NCBI GenBank assembly: GCA_045560295.1
Contig: JBJKZL010000004.1
Location: forward strand, 196,566-260,565
Origin: Fidelibacterota bacterium
GTDB lineage: Bacteria; Fidelibacterota; Marinisomatia; Marinisomatales; Marinisomataceae
Length of the DNA: 64,000 nt
Direction: 5' to 3'
Shown here: positions 1 through 9,527 of the stretch, one piece after another
Position numbering within the stretch: position 1 is the stretch's first letter
Layout: each line of letters opens with the position of its first letter
Position numbers and translations under genes: made by a program
Notes under the pieces: generated by a model
Databases searched by the model: none
What the model was told of the DNA's origin: nothing
The model's input: the letters and a program-made list of their open reading frames with translations, nothing else

Positions 1-504
1 TTTTGCAGCTAAATATTGTTGTTTTCCTGCAATCCTTCCTTGTCTCATTTTACCCCATAAGTCAATTTCCCATTGTGTACTTAAAGATAAATTATAATTC
101 TCTTGATTAAATGTAGTGATCTCATCACTTTGAGTACCAAGGAGAGTAGCAAATATGGGAGGAATTCCTGCCGAATTTTGTTCAGACTCTGATGCGCCTG
201 CACTAATCCCAATAGTTGGAAAGAGATTGGAGTTCGATATCACTGAAGCTTGTTTAGCGATTCTTGTGTTGAGCATTGCTTGTTCAAGATTAATATTTTC
301 AGCTAAAAATTTTGATAAAAAGTTATTTAGTTTTTCATCTTGGAATTCATTCCACCATATTTCAGATATATTAATTGCGATAGGAGTTTCTATATCCCAA
401 TTGTCTGGAATATTATCTACTACACCCTCAGGTTCAATTGCTGCTTTACTAGCACAAGCACTTAGAGCTAGTATTAATAGAATTGCTAAAGAATAATACC
501 TCAT
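1..504 (-). CDS. Outer-membrane efflux lipoprotein, NodT/TolC (OMF) family; N-terminal 168 codons only, 3' end beyond the window edge
   Basis: Absent from the ORF track because it is open at the window edge. Minus-strand ATG at 504..502 reads MRYYSLAILLILALSACASKAAIEPEG (signal peptide plus lipobox LSAC). It continues ...LFPTIGISAGASESEQNS...NYNLSLSTQWEIDLWGKMRQGRIAGKQQYLAA, typical of the first repeat of NodT/OprM-type factors. It supersedes antisense ORF 155..496. Confidence 0.7.
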   Translation of the reverse strand, partial: MRYYSLAILLILALSACASKAAIEPEGVVDNIPDNWDIETPIAINISEIWWNEFQDEKLNNFLSKFLAENINLEQAMLNTRIAKQASVISNSNLFPTIGISAGASESEQNSAGIPPIFATLLGTQSDEITTFNQENYNLSLSTQWEIDLWGKMRQGRIAGKQQYLAAK

Positions 505-506
505 AT

Positions 507-1043
507 TTATTTTGCCATTAAATATTCAGATATTTTAAATAAAACAATAAGACTAACGGCCCAACTAATACTAATAATGACATAATTAATATCTCCGTCT
601 GAAATAGTTGCTGCATTAATTTTTTCACCACCCATATAAGCTAGCGGTGCTAATAATCCATAAAATCCAATAAGAAGATATTTGCCTCTTAACCTATTCA
701 TGGCATGATTAATTTGTGCAGAAAATCCGGCCCACATACATAGTATCCATATTGGAGCAAGATGTGGAATGGAAGCGATATTCCCATTATAGGATACCAC
801 GCCAAAAAAAGAAAAGCCTGAATCGACAACAATACCCATAAGAACTGCTATTAAGATTAATTGGATCTCTTCCTTTAAATGGTCTGTAACAATCATAAAA
901 TGTAAATATAAAAAAACAAGTGTAGGTAATAATGCCAGCGCAGTTATGCCTTGAGCTCCACTGTAAACGCAGCAAAGCCATACAATTGAAAAGCCAAAAT
1001 AGTTAATGGCAACGTTAGTATGAGATAAGATATATTTAATCAT
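507..1043 (-). CDS. Small polytopic membrane protein (DUF2878-like)
   Basis: 178-aa ORF that is almost entirely hydrophobic helices. Resemblance to DUF2878 is from memory. Its stop lies 2 nt from the start of the NodT-like gene. Confidence 0.5.
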   Translation of the reverse strand: MIKYILSHTNVAINYFGFSIVWLCCVYSGAQGITALALLPTLVFLYLHFMIVTDHLKEEIQLILIAVLMGIVVDSGFSFFGVVSYNGNIASIPHLAPIWILCMWAGFSAQINHAMNRLRGKYLLIGFYGLLAPLAYMGGEKINAATISDGDINYVIISISWAVSLIVLFKISEYLMAK

Positions 1044-1097
1044 AAATTTTTCATTATTAGTCGTTCAATTTGATGATCGAGCATCAAAGAAGTAACA

Positions 1098-1634
1098 TTA
1101 TTTTTTGTTATTAAATTTATCTTGAATAATCTGAAATCTAAAGCTAAAGATTTTCTTCAATTGAGGTTTAATAAATAGAGGATGTACAATACTTCTAAAA
1201 GCTTCTAATGGCAATGCATAAGTAATTTCATCAACAATGTTTATTCCGCCTTCGACAGCCTCAAATGAATGCTTGTGATGCCAGTAGCTGTAAGGACCTT
1301 TGAGCTGTTCATCAACAAAAAATTCATTTATCTTATAGCTTGTTATCATGGTTCTCCACCTGGCTGGAATGCCCATAATATTAACAGTATAATCAATAAT
1401 TGCTCCTTCTTTCATTTCCACAGGCTTTGGAGTCATAATATGAAATCCCATAGCTGGAGGAGTAATTTTTTCAAGATTTTCTGGTCTTGAAAAAAAGTCA
1501 AATACCGTATCCATATCACTTGGAACAAATTGTTCTTTTTTAAAAGTATAAACTTTTGGTTTTCTTAAGAATGATAAGATTAATACTAAGAAAAGTATTA
1601 ACCCTGTTGCTATTATAATTGAAATTATTGTCAT
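1098..1634 (-). CDS. SRPBCC (START/Bet v1-like) superfamily protein with N-terminal membrane anchor
   Basis: N-terminal TM helix (IISIIIATGLILFLVLILSF) followed by FDFFSRPENLEKITPP ... GPYSYWHHKHSFE, the signature of this SRPBCC subgroup. Confidence 0.6.
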   Translation of the reverse strand: MTIISIIIATGLILFLVLILSFLRKPKVYTFKKEQFVPSDMDTVFDFFSRPENLEKITPPAMGFHIMTPKPVEMKEGAIIDYTVNIMGIPARWRTMITSYKINEFFVDEQLKGPYSYWHHKHSFEAVEGGINIVDEITYALPLEAFRSIVHPLFIKPQLKKIFSFRFQIIQDKFNNKK

Positions 1635-1655
1635 TTATTTTTCCCCCTTGAAAAG

Positions 1656-1728
1656 TGGCTCGAGAGGGAATTGAACCCCCGACACAAGGATTTTCAATCC
1701 TCTGCTCTACCAACTGAGCTATCGAGCC
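1656..1728 (-). tRNA. tRNA-Phe (GAA)
   Basis: Reverse complement GGCTCGATAGCTCAGTTGGTAGAGCAGAGGATTGAAAATCCTTGTGTCGGGGGTTCAATTCCCTCTCGAGCCA folds as a cloverleaf. Anticodon loop is TTGAAAA. No encoded CCA. Confidence 0.95.
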
Positions 1729-1800
1729 TTGTAAAAAAGTTTAAAAAACTACACATTATAAGTTATTTAAAAAACACATAAATATTTATTAGTTTTAGAA

Positions 1801-2397
1801 ATGAAAAATATTATTATTTCTTCTTCAAATAAGCATAAGATATCTGAAATCATTACGACAATTAAGCCTCTTTTTGATAAAATATATTCTTTGAGTGATT
1901 TTCCTGATATTGGCGATATAAAAGAAGATGGAACTTCTATCGTCGAAAACTCGTTTATTAAATCAAGGGTAGCATTTAATCACACCAAACTTCCATCCAT
2001 GGCAGATGATACTGTCTTGGAAGTTGATCATTTAATGGGAGATCCTGGAATTTATACTGCAAGATATGCAGGAGAGAATGCTACATACGAAGAAAATATG
2101 GAAAAGCTTTTAAAAAATCTGAAAGGTGTTCCTTGGAAGGAAAGAACAGCTAGATTTAAAACTGTCGTCACTTATGTTGATGGAGAAAATGATTTTTTTG
2201 TTGAAGGATGTTTAGAAGGAAAAATTTTAGAGTCAAAACAAGGAGATCTGGGATTTGGTTATGACCCAATATTTTATGCATCAGCTCAAAATATGTCTTT
2301 AGGAGATATGGGATTAGAAGAAAAAAATCAAATCAGCCATCGAGCAATAGCAATCCAGAAATTTGCACATAAAATAATAAGATTAATGAATGTATAG
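1801..2397 (+). CDS. rdgB: Non-canonical purine NTP pyrophosphatase (RdgB/HAM1 family)
   Basis: 198 aa with motifs SSNKHKISEI, GFGYDPIF and ISHRAIA. Overlaps sprA by 8 nt. Confidence 0.85.
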   Translation: MKNIIISSSNKHKISEIITTIKPLFDKIYSLSDFPDIGDIKEDGTSIVENSFIKSRVAFNHTKLPSMADDTVLEVDHLMGDPGIYTARYAGENATYEENMEKLLKNLKGVPWKERTARFKTVVTYVDGENDFFVEGCLEGKILESKQGDLGFGYDPIFYASAQNMSLGDMGLEEKNQISHRAIAIQKFAHKIIRLMNV

Positions 2398-5300
2398 AGT
2401 TTATTTCAGCATCATTCTGTTTTTATCTTCACTTCTAGGATTTGATAACCCTATAACCAAAAATATTGTCACTAATCCTTTTTATAAAAAACAATCAGCA
2501 AACTATTGCTTGAGTGATTTCTCTAATTATCCCATTGGAATTTTTAAAAAAATACAAACTTTGAATAAATATAGCGTAAGACTAGATAATGATTCTAATA
2601 CAATATCTATTAGTGAATCTTCTTTAGATTATCAAAGCTTGATTCCTTATGTTGCTTCCTTAGATAATTATTTAAAAGATTTATATATAAATAATCAAAA
2701 ATATAACTTCAGTGAACCATTTAGTTTATCAGCTTCTGATACAACTATAGCTAGTAATAAGGGCAGGTATCTTGAGGTTGCTGACTTTGATTTAGGTGCA
2801 CTTGGGAGGGCTTCTTTGAGAGTGCAGGGTAATATTAATCTTTCTGGTAAGTTAGTCAATCAAGACCAAGAGCTGGTCAGATCTTCTTATAAAGAACAAG
2901 AAAAAACGAACTTCAAATTTGACCAAAAGCAGCAATTGAATGTTCAGGGTAAAGTTGGCGAAAAAATTACTGTATCCTTAGATCAAAACTCAGAAAGAGA
3001 TTTTGATTGGGAAAATACTATTCGCGTTGATTATGCTGGTGATGAAGATGATATTTTACAAAAACTTGAGATAGGTAATATTGCACTAACATTACCTTCA
3101 ACTGAGTTTGTAACCTTTTCAGGTCAAAATAAAGGACTCTTTGGAATTAAGGCTCTCACGCAATTAGGCCCGCTGAATATTACAAGCATAGCATCATTAG
3201 AAAGAACTAAGAAGCAATCTGAAAAATATAAAGGTACTTCTGAGGTAAAGACCAATCAAATTCAGGATTATGATTATAGAAAAAATCTATACTTTTTCAT
3301 TCATGAGTGGTTCAGAAATGGATCGAATGATATTATTCCAGATAATGGATTTCAAGTTAGTGTACCTCCTTATTATCCTTTAAATAATGGACTCCACAAT
3401 ATAGGAAATTTGGTAATTAAAAACTTTGAACTATATAAAATTGATGCATCTAATAATCCACAGGCAGACCCTGGTACAGCATATATTGATCCTAATGATG
3501 TGACCTATTATAATGATAGCAGTAAAGAGGGTGCATTTATCAAATTAGAAAGAGGATCTGATTATGCGATAAATGAGGATTTGGGGTTTATAAGAATGCA
3601 AAACACACTGCAGAATGAAATTATTGGAGCACATTTTGAGTTAGCAGATAGGACCACAGGACAGATTGTTCTTAAAGTTGGTGAGAACATAATAGATGAT
3701 GGGAGCGAAACCTTAATATTGAAGATGTTAAAAGCACAATCATCACACCCAAATCATCCAGCATGGGATTTAATGTTTAAAAATGTCTATTCTCTTGGAG
3801 CCACTAATATCGATCAAACTAGCTTGCAAGTTAGTATCTTAGATAATTTTTCAACGCCAGTAAGCGATAGAACTGATGCTGGATCAACCTTCTTAAATTT
3901 GTTTGGACTAGATGACCTTAATCAAGCTGGTGCATCTTCCCCAGATGAAGTGATTGATTTTAACAATCCCAATATAGTAAACCTAAAGACAGGGGAAGTT
4001 CATCTACCTGCATTATTACCTTTCGTATCAAGCAACAATTTAGATGGCGGTAATATCAATGGAACATTAGATCCATTATTGCAGCAAGGTAAAATGTATA
4101 CAAGTACTAACCGTACTGAATACACAGGTGATTCTCGTTTTACTATCGCTGCAGATTATACTAATCCAAAGTCTACTATAAATTTAGGATTTACATTAGT
4201 TGAGGGAAGTGAAGAAATTTATTCAAATGGAGAGAAGCTTGAGAGAGGCGAAGATTATCAGATTGATTATTTTTCGGGAATGATTATGTTGACAGGAAGT
4301 GTTGATCCAAATGCAGACCTAGAAATTGTCTATGATAAGCATGATTTGGTAACATTTGACAGAAAGATTATGGTTGGCTCTAGGGCTCAAATAGATTTTG
4401 ACGAAAACTCTTTTTTAGGTATGACGGCGTTGTATTACAAACAAGATATTGTTAATAAAAAAGTAGAAGTAGGTTTTGAACCAATCCAAAATTTCATTTG
4501 GGATATTAATGGTCGCTATGAAAAGGATTTAGATAATCTATCAGCTTCTATTAATAAGTTGGATATGTTTAATGCTGAAAAACTATCTCGATTTACGTTT
4601 GAAGGAGAAATTGCACAAGTACTCCCTAATCCAAATGCTATATCTAATGGTGCTACGGGAGATAGTGATGGGGTAGCATATATAGATGATTTTGAAGGAT
4701 CAAAAAGAGTAACCAGTCCATCAATATTAAGAAGATTTTGGAATATTTCCTCTGCGCCATTGAATCTCAAAACTAGCGAACCATTCGATCAAAGAAATAG
4801 AGCTAGAATGCATTGGTATAATCCTTACTCTCAAGTGCTAACAAATAATATTTGGCCTAATATATCTACGTCTCAAAGAGCTCAAAATTTGACAACCGAT
4901 ATCTTAGTATTAGATTTTGAACCAAAAGAATATCAAGAAAGTGTTGACCCTGACTCTGTATGGGCTGGTGTTGTAACCCCAATGTTTATTGGAGATTATG
5001 ATCAAACTAGAAGTAGATTTTTTGAGATCTGGTTACGTGGAGAGGATGGAAATCTGACAGTTGATTTAGGAAAGATTAGTGAAGATTATAATGGTAATGG
5101 CTCGCTTAATAACGAAGATGTTCCTGATGCTGGATTAGCGCTTGGTAATGGGTTCTTAGAAGATAATGAAGATACCGGGCTAGATGGATGTTTTGATAGT
5201 TTTGAAGATGGTTGGGGTGATTGTTTAAATTCTGAAGAAGGATTAACCTATCAAGATTATTTATCTAATGGAGAAATAACAATTATTAATGCTTCTTCAG

Positions 5301-8300
5301 ATGTAGATACTAATGATCCTAATGGTGATAACTGGGATTATACAGAAGGAAGTTCAGACTATACAAAAGTTAACGGCACAGAAGGAAATGGTACTGGAGA
5401 CAAAATTCAAGCAGGCGGTAAATATCCTGATAGTGAAGATTTAGATCAGTCAGGTTTCTTAGACAGAGCTAACGATTATTTTACTAAAACTATTTCTCTA
5501 AATGACAGCACCTATGTTGCTGGATCTACTATTGTTAATGGTATAGAAACAGGCTGGAAATTAATTAGAATACCTTTAAGTCATTTTGAACAAGTCCAAG
5601 ATATAACGCTAAGTGAAATTAAGTATGTTAGACTTGTTGTATCTGGCATTGATCAACCTTCAACTCTTGAAATTGCCAAAATGGAACTCGTTGGAAATGC
5701 ATGGGAAGAAATGGGAACGTCATTTGTAGATCAAGAGGAATATGCAGTTCAAGATAGTACATTTTTAGTAACAGTAGTTAATGATGAAGATAACCCTGAT
5801 TATATACCTCCTAAAGGTGTTTTTGGAGAATATGATCAAATAAATAAAATACGCTCTAAAGAGCAATCATTGGTGTTAAAGTTTGATAATTTAGATCCAA
5901 ATGTTAAAGGCGCAGCAAAGAAAATTTTATCATCCATGACATCTCAGCAAGGGCAAAGTTTTTTAATGTATGACCAAATGAAGATGTTTGTTTATGGGGA
6001 TAGTCCTAACATATCTGATAATAATACTGACCTAAGATTTTTCATACAATTTGGTACAGGAGACGAATATTATAAGCTAACTAAACCTGTATATGATAGT
6101 TGGGATGAAGACCAGGAAAGGAATGCAATAGACCTTGATTTAAACTGGCTTACAAGTTTAAAAAATCTAGATGAGGATTCAATAGAGAAAATTAATGTTA
6201 ATGACACCTTTACTGACTCATTAGATTATAAAAGGTATGAATTCATAAATGAGAATAATGAGGAATATAAAAAAGTAGAGATTATAGGAAATCCTTCTTT
6301 ATCACGACTACAGTATTTTGTTGTTGGTGTTGAGAATAATACAGATCATCCAATTACAGGTGAAATTTGGTTAGATGAGCTTCGATTAAGTGGAGTTAAA
6401 AAAGATAAAGGAACCGCAGTAAGACTAAAATCTGAATTCAATCTATCGGACTTTAATAAAAGCTCTATATCATACAGTAAAAAAGATGCTGATTTCCATA
6501 TTTTACAAGAAAGAATTGGTACAAATACTACTACTGAAAACTTAATATTTACTAATAATATGCAGCTAGGAAGTTTGTTTCCTCAAAAATTTGGAATTTC
6601 ATTTCCACTAAATATGACATATAATATGCAAAACAATGCTCCTAAATTTTTCCCAGGCACCGATATTAGAACTAATGGTGCAACTCCAGATTCTATAATA
6701 GTAAAATCTTCTACTGTGAGTTTTAATGGTAAGATTTCAAAGCAAATTAAATCAGAAAATCCTTTTGTTAGGTATACTATAGATAATCTCAGCGCATCAT
6801 TTAATGCATCTAATCAAACCAGATCTGATGAAATAATGAAATCAGTAGATACTCAACGACTTACTACTAACCTTGATTATAACTTAAGATTTCCTAGTGA
6901 TAACTACATAGAAGCATTCAAATGGATGGCCAGAGTACCATTAATTGGAGAAAAGGTTAGCGAAACTAAGTTTTTTTACACTCCGACATCCCTTGCGACA
7001 GGATTTAGAGTTAATCGGAGTTTGACTGAAAAAGAATCAAGATCTAGTACTGACCTAATTGATGATTTTAATTTAGGTCTTGATAGAAAATTTAGTATCA
7101 ATTATAAAATTTTTGATAATACTCAGTTTAATTATAATAAGAATATTAAAAGTGATATGTCAGAGTACAGAGATCAAGTACTAGAGAATTTAAAAGTGGG
7201 AAGAGTAACAAATAGTACTGAATCTTTAGGATCAACATTTACTCCGCAATGGTTTAGCTGGATTAAACCAAATTTTGGATACAATACAAATTATTCGTGG
7301 AATAAGCCACTTTCAAGCGTGATTGATGGCGCAAACATTGCTGCAGTGAAGAATACCGCAATAAATTTTTCCTTATCTGGAACGGAGATTATTGAGACAT
7401 TTTATACGCCAGTATCTAAAAGAAAAGCTACTGCCCCAACTACTAGATCGAGATCTTCTTCTGGTCTTTCAAGAGGAGAAAATGATGAATCTACTAAAGG
7501 TAAAGATAATAATAATATTTCAAAAGATGACTCGCCCAAAAAAGAAAAAAAGAAGATTGAGAACAACTTTGTTATAGAAAGAATCTATCAAATGTCTAAA
7601 AAAGTAGAACCTCTTAGCATTGCAATTTCTACCTCCACCAATAGAACAGCAAATGCTATAAGTGGTGATGTACCATTAAGTTATCGATTTGGATTAAGTG
7701 ATAGTCATGGCTTAGAAAGCGCACCAGAAATAGGATTAAATACAGGGGCGGAAGATATTAAAAAATCTTTATCAATTAGAACTGGTGTTCGTTTTAATCC
7801 AAGCAGTTCATTAAATATATCATTTTCAGAAAGTATTTCATCTAATATAAATGGGTATAACATTGATACCCGATCTACAAATAGAGACTATCTAGCATAT
7901 GGTAAAAAATTATCAAATGGGATACCTTTTTCTAATTGGTCTTTACGTATTGGGGGGCTAGAAAAAATAAAATTTGTCTCCCCTTATGTAAAATCATTAT
8001 CTATAGAACATGCATTTAGTGGAAAAGAAAATCTATCATGGAAATTTAATGATGATAGTATTGGTGCAATAGATTTATTCGGTATATCATCATTCGCAAA
8101 TGACAATGATAACAATAGACAGTTCTCACGTATATCTCGAAGCTTCACTCCATTGGTTGGAATCACCACTTCTTTCAAAAATGGTATATCAACAAATATT
8201 AGAACAAATATTACCCATACTTTAGATGAGGTTGCAAATGGATTAACTTATGTATCTGATAACAGTATTCTCGCTAGTATAACTTATAATTTTTCAAAAG

Positions 8301-8596
8301 GTATTAGATTTTCATTACCATTTACAGAGAGAAATGTGTACTTAAAAAATAATATGAATATTACATTGAACTTTGATTTTAGTCAGAAGAAAGAAGAAGG
8401 ATCTAAAGACAAGATTAATTTTGCGGAACAAAACTTTACAAATTCAAGAAAGGGCGTCTTAAGGGTTACTTATACTCTTACAGATGATGTTACAGGAAGC
8501 TTATTTTATGAATATCGAGAAAATGATACTAGATTAACTGGTCAAAGAATTGATCGTGATTTTGGCATAAATCTAAATGTGGCAATTAGGGGATAA
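2390..8596 (+). CDS. sprA: Type IX secretion system outer-membrane translocon SprA/Sov
   Basis: 2068-aa ORF with a hydrophobic N-terminus. The central Asp/Asn/Gly-rich calcium-binding-type repeats (NNEDVPDAGL.., EDNEDTGLDG.., DTNDPNGDNWD, DSEDLDQSGFLD) and the long beta-rich C-terminal half fit the giant SprA barrel family. Confidence 0.85.
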   Translation: MYRVYFSIILFLSSLLGFDNPITKNIVTNPFYKKQSANYCLSDFSNYPIGIFKKIQTLNKYSVRLDNDSNTISISESSLDYQSLIPYVASLDNYLKDLYINNQKYNFSEPFSLSASDTTIASNKGRYLEVADFDLGALGRASLRVQGNINLSGKLVNQDQELVRSSYKEQEKTNFKFDQKQQLNVQGKVGEKITVSLDQNSERDFDWENTIRVDYAGDEDDILQKLEIGNIALTLPSTEFVTFSGQNKGLFGIKALTQLGPLNITSIASLERTKKQSEKYKGTSEVKTNQIQDYDYRKNLYFFIHEWFRNGSNDIIPDNGFQVSVPPYYPLNNGLHNIGNLVIKNFELYKIDASNNPQADPGTAYIDPNDVTYYNDSSKEGAFIKLERGSDYAINEDLGFIRMQNTLQNEIIGAHFELADRTTGQIVLKVGENIIDDGSETLILKMLKAQSSHPNHPAWDLMFKNVYSLGATNIDQTSLQVSILDNFSTPVSDRTDAGSTFLNLFGLDDLNQAGASSPDEVIDFNNPNIVNLKTGEVHLPALLPFVSSNNLDGGNINGTLDPLLQQGKMYTSTNRTEYTGDSRFTIAADYTNPKSTINLGFTLVEGSEEIYSNGEKLERGEDYQIDYFSGMIMLTGSVDPNADLEIVYDKHDLVTFDRKIMVGSRAQIDFDENSFLGMTALYYKQDIVNKKVEVGFEPIQNFIWDINGRYEKDLDNLSASINKLDMFNAEKLSRFTFEGEIAQVLPNPNAISNGATGDSDGVAYIDDFEGSKRVTSPSILRRFWNISSAPLNLKTSEPFDQRNRARMHWYNPYSQVLTNNIWPNISTSQRAQNLTTDILVLDFEPKEYQESVDPDSVWAGVVTPMFIGDYDQTRSRFFEIWLRGEDGNLTVDLGKISEDYNGNGSLNNEDVPDAGLALGNGFLEDNEDTGLDGCFDSFEDGWGDCLNSEEGLTYQDYLSNGEITIINASSDVDTNDPNGDNWDYTEGSSDYTKVNGTEGNGTGDKIQAGGKYPDSEDLDQSGFLDRANDYFTKTISLNDSTYVAGSTIVNGIETGWKLIRIPLSHFEQVQDITLSEIKYVRLVVSGIDQPSTLEIAKMELVGNAWEEMGTSFVDQEEYAVQDSTFLVTVVNDEDNPDYIPPKGVFGEYDQINKIRSKEQSLVLKFDNLDPNVKGAAKKILSSMTSQQGQSFLMYDQMKMFVYGDSPNISDNNTDLRFFIQFGTGDEYYKLTKPVYDSWDEDQERNAIDLDLNWLTSLKNLDEDSIEKINVNDTFTDSLDYKRYEFINENNEEYKKVEIIGNPSLSRLQYFVVGVENNTDHPITGEIWLDELRLSGVKKDKGTAVRLKSEFNLSDFNKSSISYSKKDADFHILQERIGTNTTTENLIFTNNMQLGSLFPQKFGISFPLNMTYNMQNNAPKFFPGTDIRTNGATPDSIIVKSSTVSFNGKISKQIKSENPFVRYTIDNLSASFNASNQTRSDEIMKSVDTQRLTTNLDYNLRFPSDNYIEAFKWMARVPLIGEKVSETKFFYTPTSLATGFRVNRSLTEKESRSSTDLIDDFNLGLDRKFSINYKIFDNTQFNYNKNIKSDMSEYRDQVLENLKVGRVTNSTESLGSTFTPQWFSWIKPNFGYNTNYSWNKPLSSVIDGANIAAVKNTAINFSLSGTEIIETFYTPVSKRKATAPTTRSRSSSGLSRGENDESTKGKDNNNISKDDSPKKEKKKIENNFVIERIYQMSKKVEPLSIAISTSTNRTANAISGDVPLSYRFGLSDSHGLESAPEIGLNTGAEDIKKSLSIRTGVRFNPSSSLNISFSESISSNINGYNIDTRSTNRDYLAYGKKLSNGIPFSNWSLRIGGLEKIKFVSPYVKSLSIEHAFSGKENLSWKFNDDSIGAIDLFGISSFANDNDNNRQFSRISRSFTPLVGITTSFKNGISTNIRTNITHTLDEVANGLTYVSDNSILASITYNFSKGIRFSLPFTERNVYLKNNMNITLNFDFSQKKEEGSKDKINFAEQNFTNSRKGVLRVTYTLTDDVTGSLFYEYRENDTRLTGQRIDRDFGINLNVAIRG

Positions 8597-8597
8597 A

Positions 8598-9527
8598 ATG
8601 AAAAGGATACTATTTCTAGTTTTAATCTTATTTTTTAGTTGTAATACTAAACCCAGAAATTCGATAGATATACCTAATTTTGATTCAAATAAAGCATTTA
8701 CATATCTAGTCAAACAATGCGAATTTGGTCCAAGAAATCCAGGTTCATCTGGTCATTTAGAGTTTAGTAATTATTTAGAAACTTTTTTAAGTGAGTTAGA
8801 AGGCAACCTTATTATTCAAGAATTTATCTATACAGAGCCTATAACCAATATGGAAAGAAATGGTAAAAATTTTATTATTCAATTTAACGAAAATGCAGAA
8901 TATCGTTTATTACTTGGAGCGCATTGGGATACTAGATCTTTATCTGATCAAGATGAGGAAGTAGAAAATCAAAGTCTACCTGTTCTTGGAGCTAATGATG
9001 GAGCAAGCGGAACATCAGTTTTGATGGAGTTAGCAACAATAATTTCTGAAAAAAATCCAGAGATTGGTATCGATATTGTATTTTTTGATGCTGAAGATGG
9101 AGGATTTTCTGGTCAACCAGAAACATTTGCACTAGGATCAAGATTTTTTGCTGAAAACCTACCTATTGTAAAACCAAATTTTGCAATCATAGTTGACATG
9201 GTTGGAGATAAAAATTTAAGTATACCTATTGAAAGAATTTCATACAATATAGCTCCTGAAAAAGTGAAAGAGATTTGGAATCTAGCAGAAGAATTATCGT
9301 TGCCAGCTTTCAAGAAAACAATTGACCTAGAAATTTATGATGATCATGTACCATTATGGGAAGTAGCAGCAATCCCAGCTATTGATATTATTGATTTTCA
9401 ATATCCAAATATGTTTTATAATCATTGGCATACTCAGCGAGACACACCAGAAAACTGTTCACCACAAAGCCTAGGACAAGTCGGTAATTTATTAGTAAAT
9501 TATATTTATGGTTCAGATCACAAATAA
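8598..9527 (+). CDS. M28-fold lipoprotein, glutaminyl-peptide cyclotransferase-like
   Basis: I prefer the ATG at 8598, 1 nt after the sprA stop, giving MKRILFLVLILFFSCNTK (lipobox FFSC). Metal-site motifs are GAHWDTR, GANDGASGTSVLMELA, FFDAEDGG, YDDHVPL and NHWHTQRD. A classical M28 aminopeptidase cannot be excluded by eye. Confidence 0.6.
   Translation: MKRILFLVLILFFSCNTKPRNSIDIPNFDSNKAFTYLVKQCEFGPRNPGSSGHLEFSNYLETFLSELEGNLIIQEFIYTEPITNMERNGKNFIIQFNENAEYRLLLGAHWDTRSLSDQDEEVENQSLPVLGANDGASGTSVLMELATIISEKNPEIGIDIVFFDAEDGGFSGQPETFALGSRFFAENLPIVKPNFAIIVDMVGDKNLSIPIERISYNIAPEKVKEIWNLAEELSLPAFKKTIDLEIYDDHVPLWEVAAIPAIDIIDFQYPNMFYNHWHTQRDTPENCSPQSLGQVGNLLVNYIYGSDHK

Noticed and set aside
155-496. 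113-aa plus-strand ORF in the ORF track
   Set aside because: It is antisense to a much better minus-strand reading frame (1..504). That frame has a lipoprotein signal peptide and NodT/TolC-family motifs. The plus-strand product has no recognisable features.
2390-8596. Internal or antisense ORFs inside sprA (4516..4770, 7392..7577, 7984..8178) and the many similar 60-130-aa ORFs nested in other large genes
   Set aside because: All lie within, or opposite to, long conserved reading frames. They are typical of chance ORFs in AT-rich DNA, and none has a motif or independent support.
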